DNA from: Octopus vulgaris
Lineage: Eukaryota
DNA: 64,000 nucleotides
Assembly (NCBI GenBank): GCA_951406725.2
Contig: OX597824.1
Coordinates: 75,764,001-75,828,000 of the forward strand
Direction: 5' to 3'
In this document: piece by piece, positions 1-12,059 of the stretch
Numbering within the stretch: position 1 is the first letter of the stretch
How the letters are laid out: every line of letters begins with the position of its first letter
The notes under the pieces: generated by a model
What the model was told of the DNA's origin: nothing
The model's database searches: none
Seen by the model: only the letters and a program-made list of their open reading frames with translations
Translations under genes and position numbers: made by a program

Positions 1-634
1 ATCGGAAGAACAAAATATAAATGGATCAGTTTATTGAGAAGATAATACAAGTGTAGTTGGTACATAAAACACAGAGCATAGAAGTTTAGCATGGAGGACT
101 CACATGTTTATGACATTCAACTTCGAAGGATACTTCCATGCAGTTCAAGAAGGGAACCCTACCAAGTGCCTACAGCATAAAAGGCAGTAATGTAGGCTGT
201 GCAAGAACAAGACTGAAAACATCAAACACATTGTCAACTATGACAGAATGTCATCCTGATATTATCTTCCCATGAGATATGATACGATTGCCAGAACAGT
301 TTGGAACAAAGTAACAAAAAAAAAAAATATTTGTTTACGATGTTGACTATATTGAGACCGATGGGTCAAAAGAATATTTTGGAACCTAAGGATTATAAAA
401 GGCACCAAGTTAAAATGCAACCAGCCAGATATTGTGTGGGACCACAAGGAAAAGATATGTTCTGTTGTAGAAATCAGCTGCCCTCAGGAAAACAATGTGG
501 TTAGAAAAGTACAAGTGAAAGAGGACATCGGTGGACCATTTATAAAGAGTTTGCATATCCAGCACCTAATATACATTTTCAGCTTCATACTTATTATTAT
601 TGGAGCAATAGGATGTAGACCAACCTGTCTGTAG
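1..634 (+). pseudogene. Degenerate 3' part of an R4/Dong-like non-LTR retrotransposon (CCHC knuckle + restriction-like endonuclease)
   Basis: Broken frames read FEGYFHAVQE, CRLCKNKTENIKHIV (zinc knuckle), MRYDTIARTVW (RHD-like) and QPDIVLWDHKEKICSVVEISCP...IIIGAIG (PD-(D/E)xK RLE); stops and frameshifts present. Confidence 0.75.
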
Positions 635-1044
635 CAAAATATGGCTGGACTTGGGATCTTGGAAAGAGATTACAAATCCATAATTCATACGCCACAAATA
701 GCCACGATATCTGGGACTATAAAAATTTGCAAGACCTTGAGATTTTAAGTGTATGTTGGGTACTGGATTTGTAAACTCTTTATCAAAGGTCCACATTGGG
801 TACTAGATTTTCAAACTCCTTATCAATGATGCATAAATGTCTCCTTTCTCTTGTTTTTCTTACCGCATTGGTGACCAGAGGGCAGCTGATTTCCACAACA
901 GAGCATATCTTTTCTTTGTAGTCATACACAACCATATCTGGTCAGTTGTGGTTTAACTTGGTGGCTGTTTTAATTTTAGTCTATGTATATATATATATGT
1001 ATGGATGGATGGATGGATGCATGCATGAATACGTATGTATCTTC

Positions 1045-1240
1045 CTGTTGTATTTATCACAGCCGAACCGCGTCGATTGACAACTGGCATTGGTATATTT
1101 GTGTCCCTGTAACATAACAGTTCGGCAAAAGACACCGATAGAATAAATATCAGGCTTCGAGGTCGATTTATTCGACTAAACCCTTCCAGGTAGTACCCCC
1201 ACATGGCCGCAGTTCAATTACAGAAACAAATAAAATAGAA
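1045..1240 (+). mobile_element. SINE family A, 3' half
   Basis: gttcggcaaaagacaccgatagaataa...catggccgcagttcaattacagaaacaa matches the 3' half of full copies such as 8341-8770. Confidence 0.7.
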
Positions 1241-1859
1241 AATATTTGTTCTGTTTGTCACTTCTTGTAGGGTGGGACTGAACAGGTCAGATATGAATTT
1301 GGCTGGTTAGTCTTTGTTCATTTGCAAACGGTGATCTCTCGTTCGCCAGCATGAACACTTGTAGTACATTACACATGCAAAGTTTGGAACATTTCTAACA
1401 AAGATGTCAACGTATTATTTACAAAGCTGCCCTTCAACATAATCGTCATTTTGTGTGCATGCGTGTGTATGTTTATGCGTGTCTAATATATAATGTACCA
1501 TGGTGCATTCTGATACCCCACCCCAGTGTTTTTAGTTAAATGTCCCTCGATACGTACTCATTAAATCACCCCCCTGGTTTTTTTGTTTTTAAACGCCCTG
1601 CGGTGTTTTCTTGTCATTTTGGTTATTTGTCAGTTATGCTTTTTTTTGTTATTTTTATCGAGTGTTTTCGCTCAGCGAACGCAATTGTACGTGCCTTGCG
1701 TACATGCAGTTTTTTCGATTCAATTTTCTTTTCACTCTTGCTTAAAAATTACTCTACGAAATAGGTGTATGTATATTGTATCCAGTGATGGTATTTTCTG
1801 TAAATTGTGTGCATACATACATAAATATTCATACACATGTATGTGTGTTTGTTTGTTCC

Positions 1860-2140
1860 TTTTCAAGCCATACCTGGCTCATAAGGGCCAGTTTCCCGGT
1901 TTCCCTGGCGTATAGGTTCCCCTCCTGGACGGGACGCCGGTCCATCGCAGGTGAGCTGCAAGATGCAGGAGGAAAGAGTGAGAGAAAGTTGTGGAAAAAG
2001 AGTCAGCAGAAGTTCGCCATTACCTTCTGCTGGAGCCGTGTGGAGTTTAGGTGTTTCGCTCATAAACACACACATAGCCCGGTCTGAGATTCGAACCCGC
2101 GATCCCTCGACCTCTGCTCTAACCACTAGGCCATGTGCCT
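1860..2140 (-). mobile_element. tRNA-derived SINE family B
   Basis: Minus-strand head ggcacatggcctagtggttagagc...gggttcgaatctc with A/B boxes; near-identical body at 3805-4090. Confidence 0.8.
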
Positions 2141-2447
2141 AGTGTATGTGCGCACGCGCGCGTGATTATTCAGTTTTATTTGAAAATTTCTTGCTATTAG
2201 AGAAAAAGCTGGTTTCTAACCTAGATCATTGGAATTTCAACATCATCAGCAGGATATTTTTGTATTTATGTATGTATGTATGTATGTATGTATGCAGGTA
2301 TGTGCATCATAGTTTCCACCCTTGCCCAATACTGTATCTGGTGGTTTTTTACTTAGTTTAGTAGAGAATACTCTCCCCACGAGAAAGCTCTTTAAAGCCG
2401 AATAATTTTTCTCGGAAAATTTCAGTTAAGGACAATATATAACCTTG

Positions 2448-2491
<44 letters not shown>

Positions 2492-2534
2492 AATAATCGT
2501 TGCGGTTGTGCCTGCTATTTACCATAATAATAAG

Positions 2535-2844
2535 TGGAAATCCGAAGGAGCAATATCTAGTGAATATGGAGGGTAGGGTAACACATCCCAGCCGAGCTGC
2601 AGCAATTTTTGTCTGGTTCCCAAAACATCAAGTGCCGAAAATGAACTTTCTTATCTTCCATTTTAAAGGGTTACAGAATTAACACAGGTTATAGGAACAT
2701 AAACCTTCTTCCACAAAAAGATAGCTTAAACTGTGCTCTAAATGGAGGTGTAGTCAAATCCTATTTTATGGACTCAACTGTGTTCTAAAATAAGTCGAAA
2801 GGTAAGCTGCTATAAATCGGCACAAACTTTGCGGACAACTCAAT
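2535..2844 (-). mobile_element. Truncated mariner deletion derivative, same family as 30019-30608
   Basis: Near-identical to 30270-30570; encodes LGWDVL.PPYS.DIAPSDFHL; ends in TIR ...cggcacaaactttgcggacaactcaa followed by TA. Confidence 0.8.
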
Positions 2845-2991
2845 AGATAGATAGATAGATGATTAAGAAGTGTGTATGTTAAAGTTCCCATCTATTTGAG
2901 GACTGAACAGTGTTATCTATACCACGCTTATTTTGTGTATGTGTGTGTGAGTGTGTGTGTATATGTGTATGTGTATATATGTATGTATATA

Positions 2992-3056
<65 letters not shown>

Positions 3057-3374
3057 GAAGCAATATTATCGATAATGGCCAAAATCACACTTTGACCCTC
3101 TGGCCGGTGACGTTCTGTGGTTTCTGTTCGTCTGTGTATTTAGTATATATTCGTGTTTATTTACTACACGTAATGCTCGAAATGAAGAGTAGGTAGACAG
3201 CCGACAACTGATGAAGGGTCCTTTTTCTGTGTTAACTTGTACTGTCTTCCATTTTTTTCTCGTTGTTTAGGTATTTCTCTCGTCCAGTAACACTATACTT
3301 GTTCCACGTCCTTGTGTTGTTGTGTTTTCTCTTTGTGTTTTCATGTTTAGATTAACTCTATGTATGTATGTATC

Positions 3375-3490
3375 ATTTTTTCCCATTTTTAATACATTTT
3401 TTTTGCTATTATATAAGGGAAGTAACTCTCTAAAATGCTTATATAGTTATTTCCCTTACAAACCCGAGCAACGCCGGGCGATACTGCTAG
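3375..3490 (+). mobile_element. Non-autonomous Helitron, 3' fragment
   Basis: Ends cccgagcaacgccgggcgatactgCTAG-t (subterminal hairpin plus CTAG). Confidence 0.75.
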
Positions 3491-3504
3491 TGAATAATAA
3501 ATGT

Positions 3505-3675
3505 AGGCGCAAGTGTCGCTGTGTGGTAAGAAGTTTTCTTCCCAACCACATGGTTCTGGGTTCAGTCCCTCTACGTGGCACCTTGGGTAAATGTCTCTTA
3601 CTATAACCTCGAGCCGACGAAAGTCTTTTGAGTGGATTTGGTAGACGGAAACTGAAAGAAGCCTGTCGTATATAC
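3505..3675 (+). mobile_element. SINE family A, 5' half
   Basis: aggcgcaagtgtcgctgtgtggtaag...ggttcagtccc head followed by ttgggtaaatgtct CORE-like block. Confidence 0.75.
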
Positions 3676-3804
3676 AAATTATATAATTATAACTTATTAT
3701 AGCTAGAATAATTATACCTATTTAGTTCTGCTTCATAATTTTATTTAATGCGACCATAAGATTTCTTTCTAAAATTTTGGTTTGTGAGTATTCTGTTGTT
3801 GGTT

Positions 3805-4090
3805 CCTTCTCGAGCCGTGTTTGGCTCATAAGGGCCGGTTTCATTGGCGTATAGGCTCCCCTCGTGGACGGGACGCCGGTCTGTCGCTGGTGAGCTGCAG
3901 GATGCAGGAGGAAAGAGTGAGAGAAAGTTGTGGCGAAAGAGTCAGCAGAAGTTCGCTATTACCTTCTGCCAGAGCCGCGTGGAGCTTAGGTGTTTCGCTC
4001 ATAAACACACCTCACCCGGTCTGAGATTCGAACCTGCGATCCCTCGACCGCGAGTCCGCTGCTCTAACCACTATGCCATGTGCCTCCACA
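3805..4090 (-). mobile_element. tRNA-derived SINE family B
   Basis: tRNA-Arg-like head ggaggcacatggcatagtggttagagcagcggactcgcggtcga...ggttcgaatc; homologous to 1860-2140. Confidence 0.8.
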
Positions 4091-4205
4091 TTGTGATATC
4101 TGGTTCATTGCAAGTATTTGTGAGTTTCTTTTTTTGTGTAACTCTCTTCTTTCTGTTTATTAAATATAGCATTATTGTCTTTAATTGTTTAACATCTCTC
4201 CTGAT

Positions 4206-4664
4206 CAGGGCCGGATCAAGACCCATAGAGGCCCTAACCACTTAGAAGGTTTTGGTGCTTTCAAGTATATGTAAATGGTTCAAAATGTAAACAAAAACAA
4301 TTTAAGATGTAAACAATAATAAACCATAAAATAAATTTTTATTTTTCAAAATGAAACAAAATTCAAAGTAAGATAGAAAATAACGTTTATTTTTGTATAC
4401 TTCCACTTTATTGATATTTGAAAAGTTTTCTCCTTCATTTTTTTTGTTGTTATTATTGCAAAGTGTTCAATGATATCGTTAAAATTAAATTTTACGTAAA
4501 ACTTCTGCTTCTATACTTAGTAGATATAAGGCATTACGAATATTATTTTAGCAGGTTTAAAGTGATTTCTTTCGTGTCGTAAACCATTTTCATTTCTGTG
4601 GTGCCTCCGTCCCTTTATGCCCTAAGCGCGTGCTTATTTAGCTTAATGGGTTAATCCAGCGCTG
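4206..4664 (-). mobile_element. Non-autonomous hAT transposon with perfect 8-bp TSD
   Basis: Imperfect TIRs cagggccggat / atccagcgctg; TSD ctcctgat at 4198-4205 and 4665-4672; minus-strand remnant ALYLLSIEAEVLRK..NFNDIIEHFA resembles the hAT C-terminal dimerisation region. Confidence 0.85.
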
Positions 4665-4805
4665 CTCCTGATTGCTTTGGTAAATGTATACAGCATGAAT
4701 TTTATATAAATTTCAATACTAAATCCAAATATTGGCTGATGTAACGTTTCTTTTTTTTTTCTGTTCATTGCTTGCTGTGTACACCTTCAGTTCTTCTATA
4801 TAAAA

Positions 4806-5207
4806 CTAGCAGTATCGCCCGGCGTTGCTCGGGTTTGTAAGGGAAATAACTATATAAGCATTTTTAGAGAGTTATAGCCAAAAAATAGCAAAAAAAATGC
4901 ATTAAAAATGGAAAACAAATTATGGTAAATTTTTTTTTAAATCGTTGACTCATCGTAGACATTTTTAGAGAGTTACTTCCCTTATATAATAGCGAAAAAA
5001 TACATTAAAATGGAAAAAAATTATGGTAATTTTTTTTTAAAATCGTAGACTCATCGTAGACGCGCGCTAATACCCAGAAGGGCTCGATATGAATCACGAC
5101 TATAAGATACCCGGTTTTGGTTAAACTGCACCGCAAAATGTGGGAGTAGTTAGGATCTAAATCGTAGGAGACAGACACTCACACAACTTCACTTTTATAT
5201 ATATAGA
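4806..5207 (-). mobile_element. Non-autonomous Helitron, body type 1
   Basis: Minus strand starts TC and ends in hairpin + CTAG; inserted between A and T with no TSD; near-identical to 29037-29423. Confidence 0.85.
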
Positions 5208-5319
5208 TAACGCTTGGTTGAGCTTCCATAACATTTACATCAGAGTTCAGTCTGGCTGAACATGTTGGTTAAAGGTTTTAACGTCGGGCAACAAAGTAGT
5301 ATAAAGTAGTATTGGAATT

Positions 5320-5642
5320 GAGACCCCCTTCGTTCATGACTGAGCGTGGGATTGCACCTAGAAAGGTACCCTCCCAAGCACAAGTCCGGGCAAGGTTGTT
5401 TTTATGGAAGACCAGCAGTCGCCCATGCATATCAGCCTCCCTTATCCAAGGGAAAGGCAAAGGGGCCGATACAGCTTGGCACCTGTGACGTCGCAACTCA
5501 TTTCTACAGCTAAGTGAACTGGAGCAACAGGTAATAAAGTGTCTTGCTCAAAAACACAACACGCAGCCCGATCCGGGATTCGAACTCACAATCCTACGAT
5601 CGTAAGTTCGACGCTCTAACCACTGAGTCATGCGCCTTCACA
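5320..5642 (-). mobile_element. tRNA-derived SINE with Meta/V-like central block and tail T3
   Basis: Head ggcgcatgactcagtggttagagcgtcg...gagttcgaatccc, then tgtgtttttgagcaagacactttatt...ccagttcacttagctgtagaaatgag; homologous to 53285-53636. Confidence 0.75.
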
Positions 5643-6020
5643 TAGTATTGGAATATACCTCTTCTAATAAAAAAAAATGATATTTATTTCATACTTCTTT
5701 TGTCTCTGCCCTCGGAATTGTCTACAGTTTCCGCATGACATATCTAACATATCAGCTTATTATTGATGTCCTTTATTCAAGGCTAAGGTTTTCAGGATTC
5801 ACGTATGGGGAATTCTGTTAAAAGTCAATCTATTCCATTGTGATTCGTTGCTTCCCCGCTTCTGTAGTCTTTCGTGATTCATATCTACAATGATCTAAGT
5901 CTTTGAAGAATCCTTTTTGCTCTTTTGGAAATGAGTCTCAAAGCCAGCAATTTTGGGGGAGGGGATAAGTCGATTACATCGACACCCTCCAGCGCTCAAC
6001 TGGTACACACACACACACGG

Positions 6021-6096
<76 letters not shown>

Positions 6097-6224
6097 GCAA
6101 TAATAATTACACGAACCAACTGAGAAATTATCAAGGTGAAAGAGCAAATCAGTTAAAGCAAAATTCTGCAAGAAAGAAAAATCAGCAAAATCGAACCCAT
6201 CATATTCCGCTCTTATGTCGGTGT

Positions 6225-6400
6225 GTGAATGGTACATATGGCCGTGTCGTTAAGAAGCTCGTTTTGCAGCCACGCGGTTTCTAGTTCAGTCCCACTGCAC
6301 GGCACCTTGGGCAGCTTCAAGCTGACCAATACCTTGTGAGTGGATTTGCTAAACGGAAACTGTGTGGAAGCCCGAAATTTGTGTGTGTGTATGTGTGTGT

Positions 6401-6461
<61 letters not shown>

Positions 6462-6725
6462 GGTGCGTGGCCCAATGGTTTAGGTTGTTGCACTCAAATT
6501 CGCGAGATCGTGGGTTCGATTGCCTGATTGAGCGGTGCTTTGTGTTCTTGAGCAAAACACTTCATTTTACATTGCTCGAGTCCCACTTTTGATCAAGGGA
6601 GAGAGGTTGGCTCACTCACCTAGCCAGTGGGGTGGAGTCATTTGAAGGCTAACACGATGCAAAACACATTGTAGCCAGTGATGTGTAACAGCATCTGATA
6701 GCCTGGTCTGTCACATGACCACGTG
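6225..6725 (+). mobile_element. Degenerate family A 5' half plus (TG)n, followed by a Meta/V-like SINE
   Basis: Two tRNA-like heads (~6235 and ~6461), each followed by its family's central block. Confidence 0.6.
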
Positions 6726-6790
6726 ATATCCATCCATCCATCCATCCATCCATCCATCCATCCATCCATCCATCCATCCATCTATCTATA

Positions 6791-6876
<86 letters not shown>

Positions 6877-6880
6877 TATA

Positions 6881-7780
6881 TTGGGTCATTCCATAAATAA
6901 TACGCTGTTTTTGAATTGCATGAACAAAAAGTGGGAGGGGGGCGAGATAAACTACCTGCATCAACTTGCTATAAAAGCAAGTAGTAATTTTACCTGGTCC
7001 TTATTCTTAGTGCATGTTTTGAAGAGTGCATTTCGAATCTAACACTTAATTTTTCAAAGCTATAATGGATGTGTCGAATGAGCATATTCGGCATATTTTG
7101 CTTTATGAGTTCAATAAAGGCAACAACGCAACGGAAAGTGCAAGGAATACTAATGCAGTACATGGGGATCGGACAATAAGTGTAAACCAGTCTCAACGCT
7201 GGTTCCAGAAATTCCGAGTCAGAAACTACAGCCTAGAAAATTAGCCTGGACCTGGAAGATCCGTAGCGCTCGACGAGAATGTCGTGAAAACCCTGGTGGA
7301 ACAAAACCCCATGGTAACCGTTGAGGAACTAGCAGAGAAGCTTGGATTTGGTCATTCAACCATTCATCGACACCTGCGAGCCATCGGAAAACAACCATCT
7401 TTGGTTACAAGACGAAAGGTGTTTTCATCAGGATAATGCTCGGCCACATACAGCGAAGATGACATTCTAAAGGCTGTAGCAGTTTGAATGGGAAACAATG
7501 CCCCACCCACCATATTCGCCGGGCATTGCCCCATCTGATTATCATTTATTCCACATTTATTTGGACGTGGAAGATATGAATTCTGTGGACAAAGTCACAA
7601 CAGTACTGGAGGAGTATTTTTCGTCACGGCCAAATGAAGTTTGGAAGCCTACCAGATAGATTCAAGAGCATTGTAGAAAATGAAAGAGAGTATATTTTAG
7701 ATTAAGAAAGAACTTTATTTATCTTAGTTTTGAAAAATAAAACAAGTATAAAAAAACGCATTATTTATTGGATGACTCAA
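6881..7780 (+). mobile_element. Mariner transposon, internally deleted pseudogene with both TIRs
   Basis: TIRs ttgggtcattccataaataat / attatttattggatgactcaa with TA flanks; from ATG 7065 reads MDVSNEHIRHILLYEFNKG...QRWFQKFR...HRHLRAIGK, then HQDNARPH and HPPYSPGIAPSDYHLF. Confidence 0.9.
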
Positions 7781-7807
7781 TATATATACATATATATGTT
7801 GGATGAC

Positions 7808-7848
<41 letters not shown>

Positions 7849-7920
7849 ACACATATATATATATGTATATATATACTCATACATATATACATAAATACAT
7901 ATATATACATACATATATAT

Positions 7921-8015
<95 letters not shown>

Positions 8016-8029
8016 CATATATACGACGG

Positions 8030-8330
8030 GCTTCCTTCAGTTTCCGTCAACCAAATCCACTCACAAGGCTTTTGTCGGCCCGAGGCTATTGTAGAAGATA
8101 TTTGCCCCAGGTGCCACGCAGTAGGACTTAACCCACAACCATGTGGTTGGGAAGTTAGCTTCTTACCGCACAGCCACGCTCATAGTCTCCCTCTACCAAA
8201 TTCACTCACATGACATTGCTGGACCCGGGGCTATAGTGGAAGACACTTGCCCCAGGAGAAGCGCATTAAGACTGTATCCGAAGAAGCTCCGTTGCAAAGC
8301 GAGCTTCTTAACCACAAAGCCATGCCTGCG
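8030..8330 (-). mobile_element. Two tandem 5' fragments of SINE family A
   Basis: Two reverse-complement head/CORE-like blocks. Confidence 0.65.
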
Positions 8331-8340
8331 ACTATAAATA

Positions 8341-8510
8341 AGTCAGGAGTGGCTGTGTGGTAAGTAGCTTGCTTACCAACTACATGGTTCTGGGTTCAGT
8401 CCCACTGCGTGCCACCTTGGGTTAGTGTCTTCTACTATAGCCTCGGGCCGACCAAAGCCTTGTGAGTGGATTTGGTAGACGGAAACTGAAAGAAGCCCGT
8501 CGTATATATG

Positions 8511-8562
<52 letters not shown>

Positions 8563-8770
8563 TGTGTCCGTGTTTGTCCCCCTAGCATTGCTTGACAACC
8601 GATGCTGGTGTGTTTATGTCCCCGTTACTTAGCGGTTCGGCAAAAGAGACCGATAGAATAAGTACTGGGCTTACAAAAGAATAAGTCCCGGGGTCGAGTT
8701 GCTCGATTAAAGGCGGTGCTCCAGCATGGCCGCAGTCAAATGACTGAAACAAAAGAGTAAAAGAGTAAAT
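8341..8770 (+). mobile_element. SINE family A, full length
   Basis: tRNA-like head, CORE-like block, internal (TA)(TG)n, 3' gaccgatagaataagtac...ccagcatggccgcagtcaaatgactgaaaca and (gtaaaaga)n tail; many near-identical copies in the window. Confidence 0.9.
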
Positions 8771-9478
8771 AAATAGATAGATAGATAAATAAATAAATAA
8801 ATAAATAATGGATTGCAACAGATGACACTTTGCAAAATACTGTTTTACATTTTCAGGAGTCAACATTTCAGAGATAAATTAATGAACGAATAAAACGAAA
8901 AAAGCTTGACAGCAGTGCGTCTGATCGAGCGTTGACTCGTCATGACGTATGGCCGACATGTTAATTTACGAGATCCATTATTGTTAACAACAGATGTTAT
9001 TTATTTATATATGGAAATATTGATTTCTAACACATGCACAAAGCTACACTTTTTGTTTTAAGTGTGAAGAGGGGGGGGGGATTTTAAATATATGGGAGCC
9101 GTTATTATGAGATGAAAAAGCAGTGAATTGGCAGAATTTGTTTGAGCAACAGAAAATTCAGAGTTTAAATTCAGCCGAGGTCAACTTTGCCTGTCATCTT
9201 TTCGGAGTCATAAACTAAAGTATCGTTAGTTAGAACTAGGACTGATCGAATCGACTAACCGCCCTCCCTTCAATGTTGAATTCAAAGTTTGGCACAAGGC
9301 CAGCAATTTTGGGGAGGGGATAAGTCGATTACATCGATACCCTCCAGCGCTTAACTGGAACTTATTTTACCGATCCCGAAAGGTGGAAAGGCAAAGTTGA
9401 CCTCTGCAGAATTTGAACACTGAACATTAGGATTCTAAAAGAAATTGACTGTGCTCTCCATTCGGTATTGCTAGTCCT

Positions 9479-9862
9479 TGGCAGAATCATTAGCACGCCG
9501 GGCGAAATGCTTTGCGGTATTTCGTCTGCCGCTACGTTCTGAGTTCAAATTCCGCCGAGGTCGACTTTGCCTTTCATCCTTTCTAGGTCGATTAAATAAG
9601 TACCAGTTACGCACTGGGGTCGATATAATCGACTTAATCCGTTTGTCTGTCCTTGTTTGTCTTCTCTGTGTTTAGCCCCTTGTGGGTAGTAAAGAAATAG
9701 GTATTTCGTCTGCCGCTACGTTCTGAGTTCAAATTCCGCTGAGGTCGACTTTGCTTTTCATCCTTTCGGGGTCAATAAATTAAGTACCAGTGAAACACTG
9801 GATCGATGTAAACGACTATCCCCCCTCCCTCAATTTTCAGGCCTTGTGCCTATAGTAGAAAG
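9479..9862 (+). mobile_element. SINE family C (Deu/Nin-like domain), head-to-tail dimer
   Basis: ccgaggtcgactttgcctttcatcctttcggggtcgataaattaagtaccag-type block twice, joined at aaagaaataggtatttcgtctg. Confidence 0.85.
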
Positions 9863-9863
9863 G

Positions 9864-9923
<60 letters not shown>

Positions 9924-9943
9924 TATTATTATTATTATTGTTA

Positions 9944-9995
<52 letters not shown>

Positions 9996-10012
9996 TACTA
10001 CTACTACTATTG

Positions 10013-10064
<52 letters not shown>
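9863..10064. repeat. (ATT)n microsatellite
   Basis: Directly visible. Confidence 0.95.
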
Positions 10065-10444
10065 CAAAACTATCCCCCTGGCTGGGACGCCAGTCCGTCG
10101 CAGGATTACTCATTTACATCTGAGTGGACGACTGCAATACGAAATGAAGTGTTTTGCTCAAACACACTACGTACTACCTGGTCCTGGTATCGAAACCACA
10201 GTCTTGCGATCATGAGTTCATCACACTAATCACTATACCAGACATGATAAGCAGGAAATCATTTCAAAGACTGCTTTTGATGAGATCAAACAAAGGAAGA
10301 AACTGTGGAAAACAGAGAAAGAAGTTACTTGATGGCATTGTCAGTTGACTGTAGAACGACGAATCCAATAATATGTGGTTGGTGGACAGGAGGGTACGGC
10401 GATCCACGGTCGACTCGCTTTAATTAGGTACGACGCATAAAGAG

Positions 10445-10778
10445 AAGTCATGGATGCTGATTAAGCTCGATTCGAAACCGGTATGTAACTGGTAACGGAA
10501 TGTTAAAACGCAAATTAACCTCAGAGATTTGGATTTAGAACTCGAAGGTAGATAACTAAATACCGTAAACCATTTCGTCTGACGTCGCTAACATTGCTAA
10601 TTCTGCCAATCCATAATAGATATTTGACTTAGGCGGAAGGCTTCATATCTGGCTCTGGAAGATTACATTTTCTGAAATCGAATATCCGTACTTTACTGGT
10701 ACTTCATTATGTCGACTCCTGAACGATAAAATGTAAAATTGGCTTCAGCAAGATTTTAACTCAAAATGTAAATGGCTA
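10445..10778 (+). repeat. Copy 1 of a diverged ~330-bp local duplication (copy 2 at 13490-13800)
   Basis: Colinear match from gattcgaaacYggtatgtaact to aatgtaaatggct, covering two old SINE C relics and their spacer. Confidence 0.8.
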
Positions 10779-10914
10779 AATTCCGTAAGATTAATTTGCT
10801 TCGTCGCTCTTACGATTCAGCTATTCCACCACCATTGATAACTTGATAGCATTTGACTAGGTACGAGATCAAGTTTTCGTTGCGGAAGAGATATATTCGC
10901 AATTGTTCTTCTGA

Positions 10915-11235
10915 CAGTCCATCGGTTACGACAGTAAGGATTCCACTTGATCCGAGCAACAGAACAGCTTACTCGTGAAATGAACGTGCAAGTGACTGAG
11001 CATTCCACAGACACGCGTACCCTTGACGTGGTTCTCGAGGAGATTCAGCATGATACACAAGGTGTGACAAGGCCGGCCATTTGAAATACAGGTACGAGTC
11101 ATTTTTGCCAGCTGAGTGGACTGGAGTAACGTGAAATAAAGTGTCTTGCTCAAGAACACAACGCAACGCCCGAACCGAACACATGATCTCACGATCGTGA
11201 GCCAAGTACCTGACTACTAAGCCTCGTACCTTCAC
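10915..11235 (-). mobile_element. tRNA-derived SINE with Meta/V-like body and tail T1
   Basis: Minus-strand head near 11230; tail shared with 16025-16390 and 34403-34785. Confidence 0.75.
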
Positions 11236-11268
11236 CACTTGTACGTAAATACATACGTACGTACGTAT

Positions 11269-11345
<77 letters not shown>

Positions 11346-11413
11346 GGAGTAAACACATAAATGTGAAACAAGGTGGAAAAAAGAGTACTCAAATACCAGT
11401 GGTATTTCTAGCA

Positions 11414-11460
11414 AAAACTGTCTGATGAACGGCAACGAGAAACTCAGAGTAACAGATTTT
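11414..11460 (+). ncRNA. Type I hammerhead ribozyme motif in a Penelope-type short module
   Basis: aaaactgt-CTGATGA-a cg gcaa cg a-GAAA-ctcagag-TA-acagatttt: intact core, GCAA-capped stem II with an A/A mismatch at its base, ACTCAGAGT helix III, predicted cleavage after GUA (11451). Confidence 0.75.
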
Positions 11461-11488
11461 GTTGAATTTTCTGCTGCTTAAAATAAAG

Positions 11489-11553
<65 letters not shown>

Positions 11554-11559
11554 ATATAT

Positions 11560-11865
11560 CCACTTCTTTTCACTTCTATTTACCTCTTCTTTTCATTGAT
11601 ATCTTCATTTAGGGATCGCCAGCACTTTATTATCTCCCTTTCTTTCAATCTTTTTTCTACTTATTCGCCATGCTTGACCGCTAAATCTACAAGTTTTTTT
11701 CATTCTCTCTCTCTCTCTCTCTGTTCATTCTCTCTTATCCCTTTCTGTTGAAGAGTGTACACTCGAAACGTAAAATACTTTTTCATTTACCCGAGCATCA
11801 AACTAATACACTTGCGTATTGTTCATACATCTGTCTTCGTCTTTTTTTTTCTACAAATTTCAACT
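11560..11865 (+). mobile_element. Penelope-type pseudo-LTR with hammerhead-like motif at 11741-11776
   Basis: Homologous to 36760-37230 (minus) and 31750-31845; cttt-CTGTTGA-a-gagt gtac actc-GAAA-cg-TA-aaa. Confidence 0.55.
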
Positions 11866-12059
11866 ATACACACACACACACACACACATATACACACGCA
11901 CGCACACACACGACAGAGTTCCATCAACCAAATTCATGCACAAGCCATTGGTCGGTCCGGGGTTACAGTAAAAACACACACACAAGATTCTGCACTATGG
12001 GAGCAAAGTTGTAACCTTGTGGCTGCAAAGCGAGCCTTTTAACTACACAGCCATGCCTT

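Noticed and set aside
8857-8946. Apparent exon between ttttcag and gtatgg
   Set aside because: All three frames from the plausible acceptors hit stop codons.
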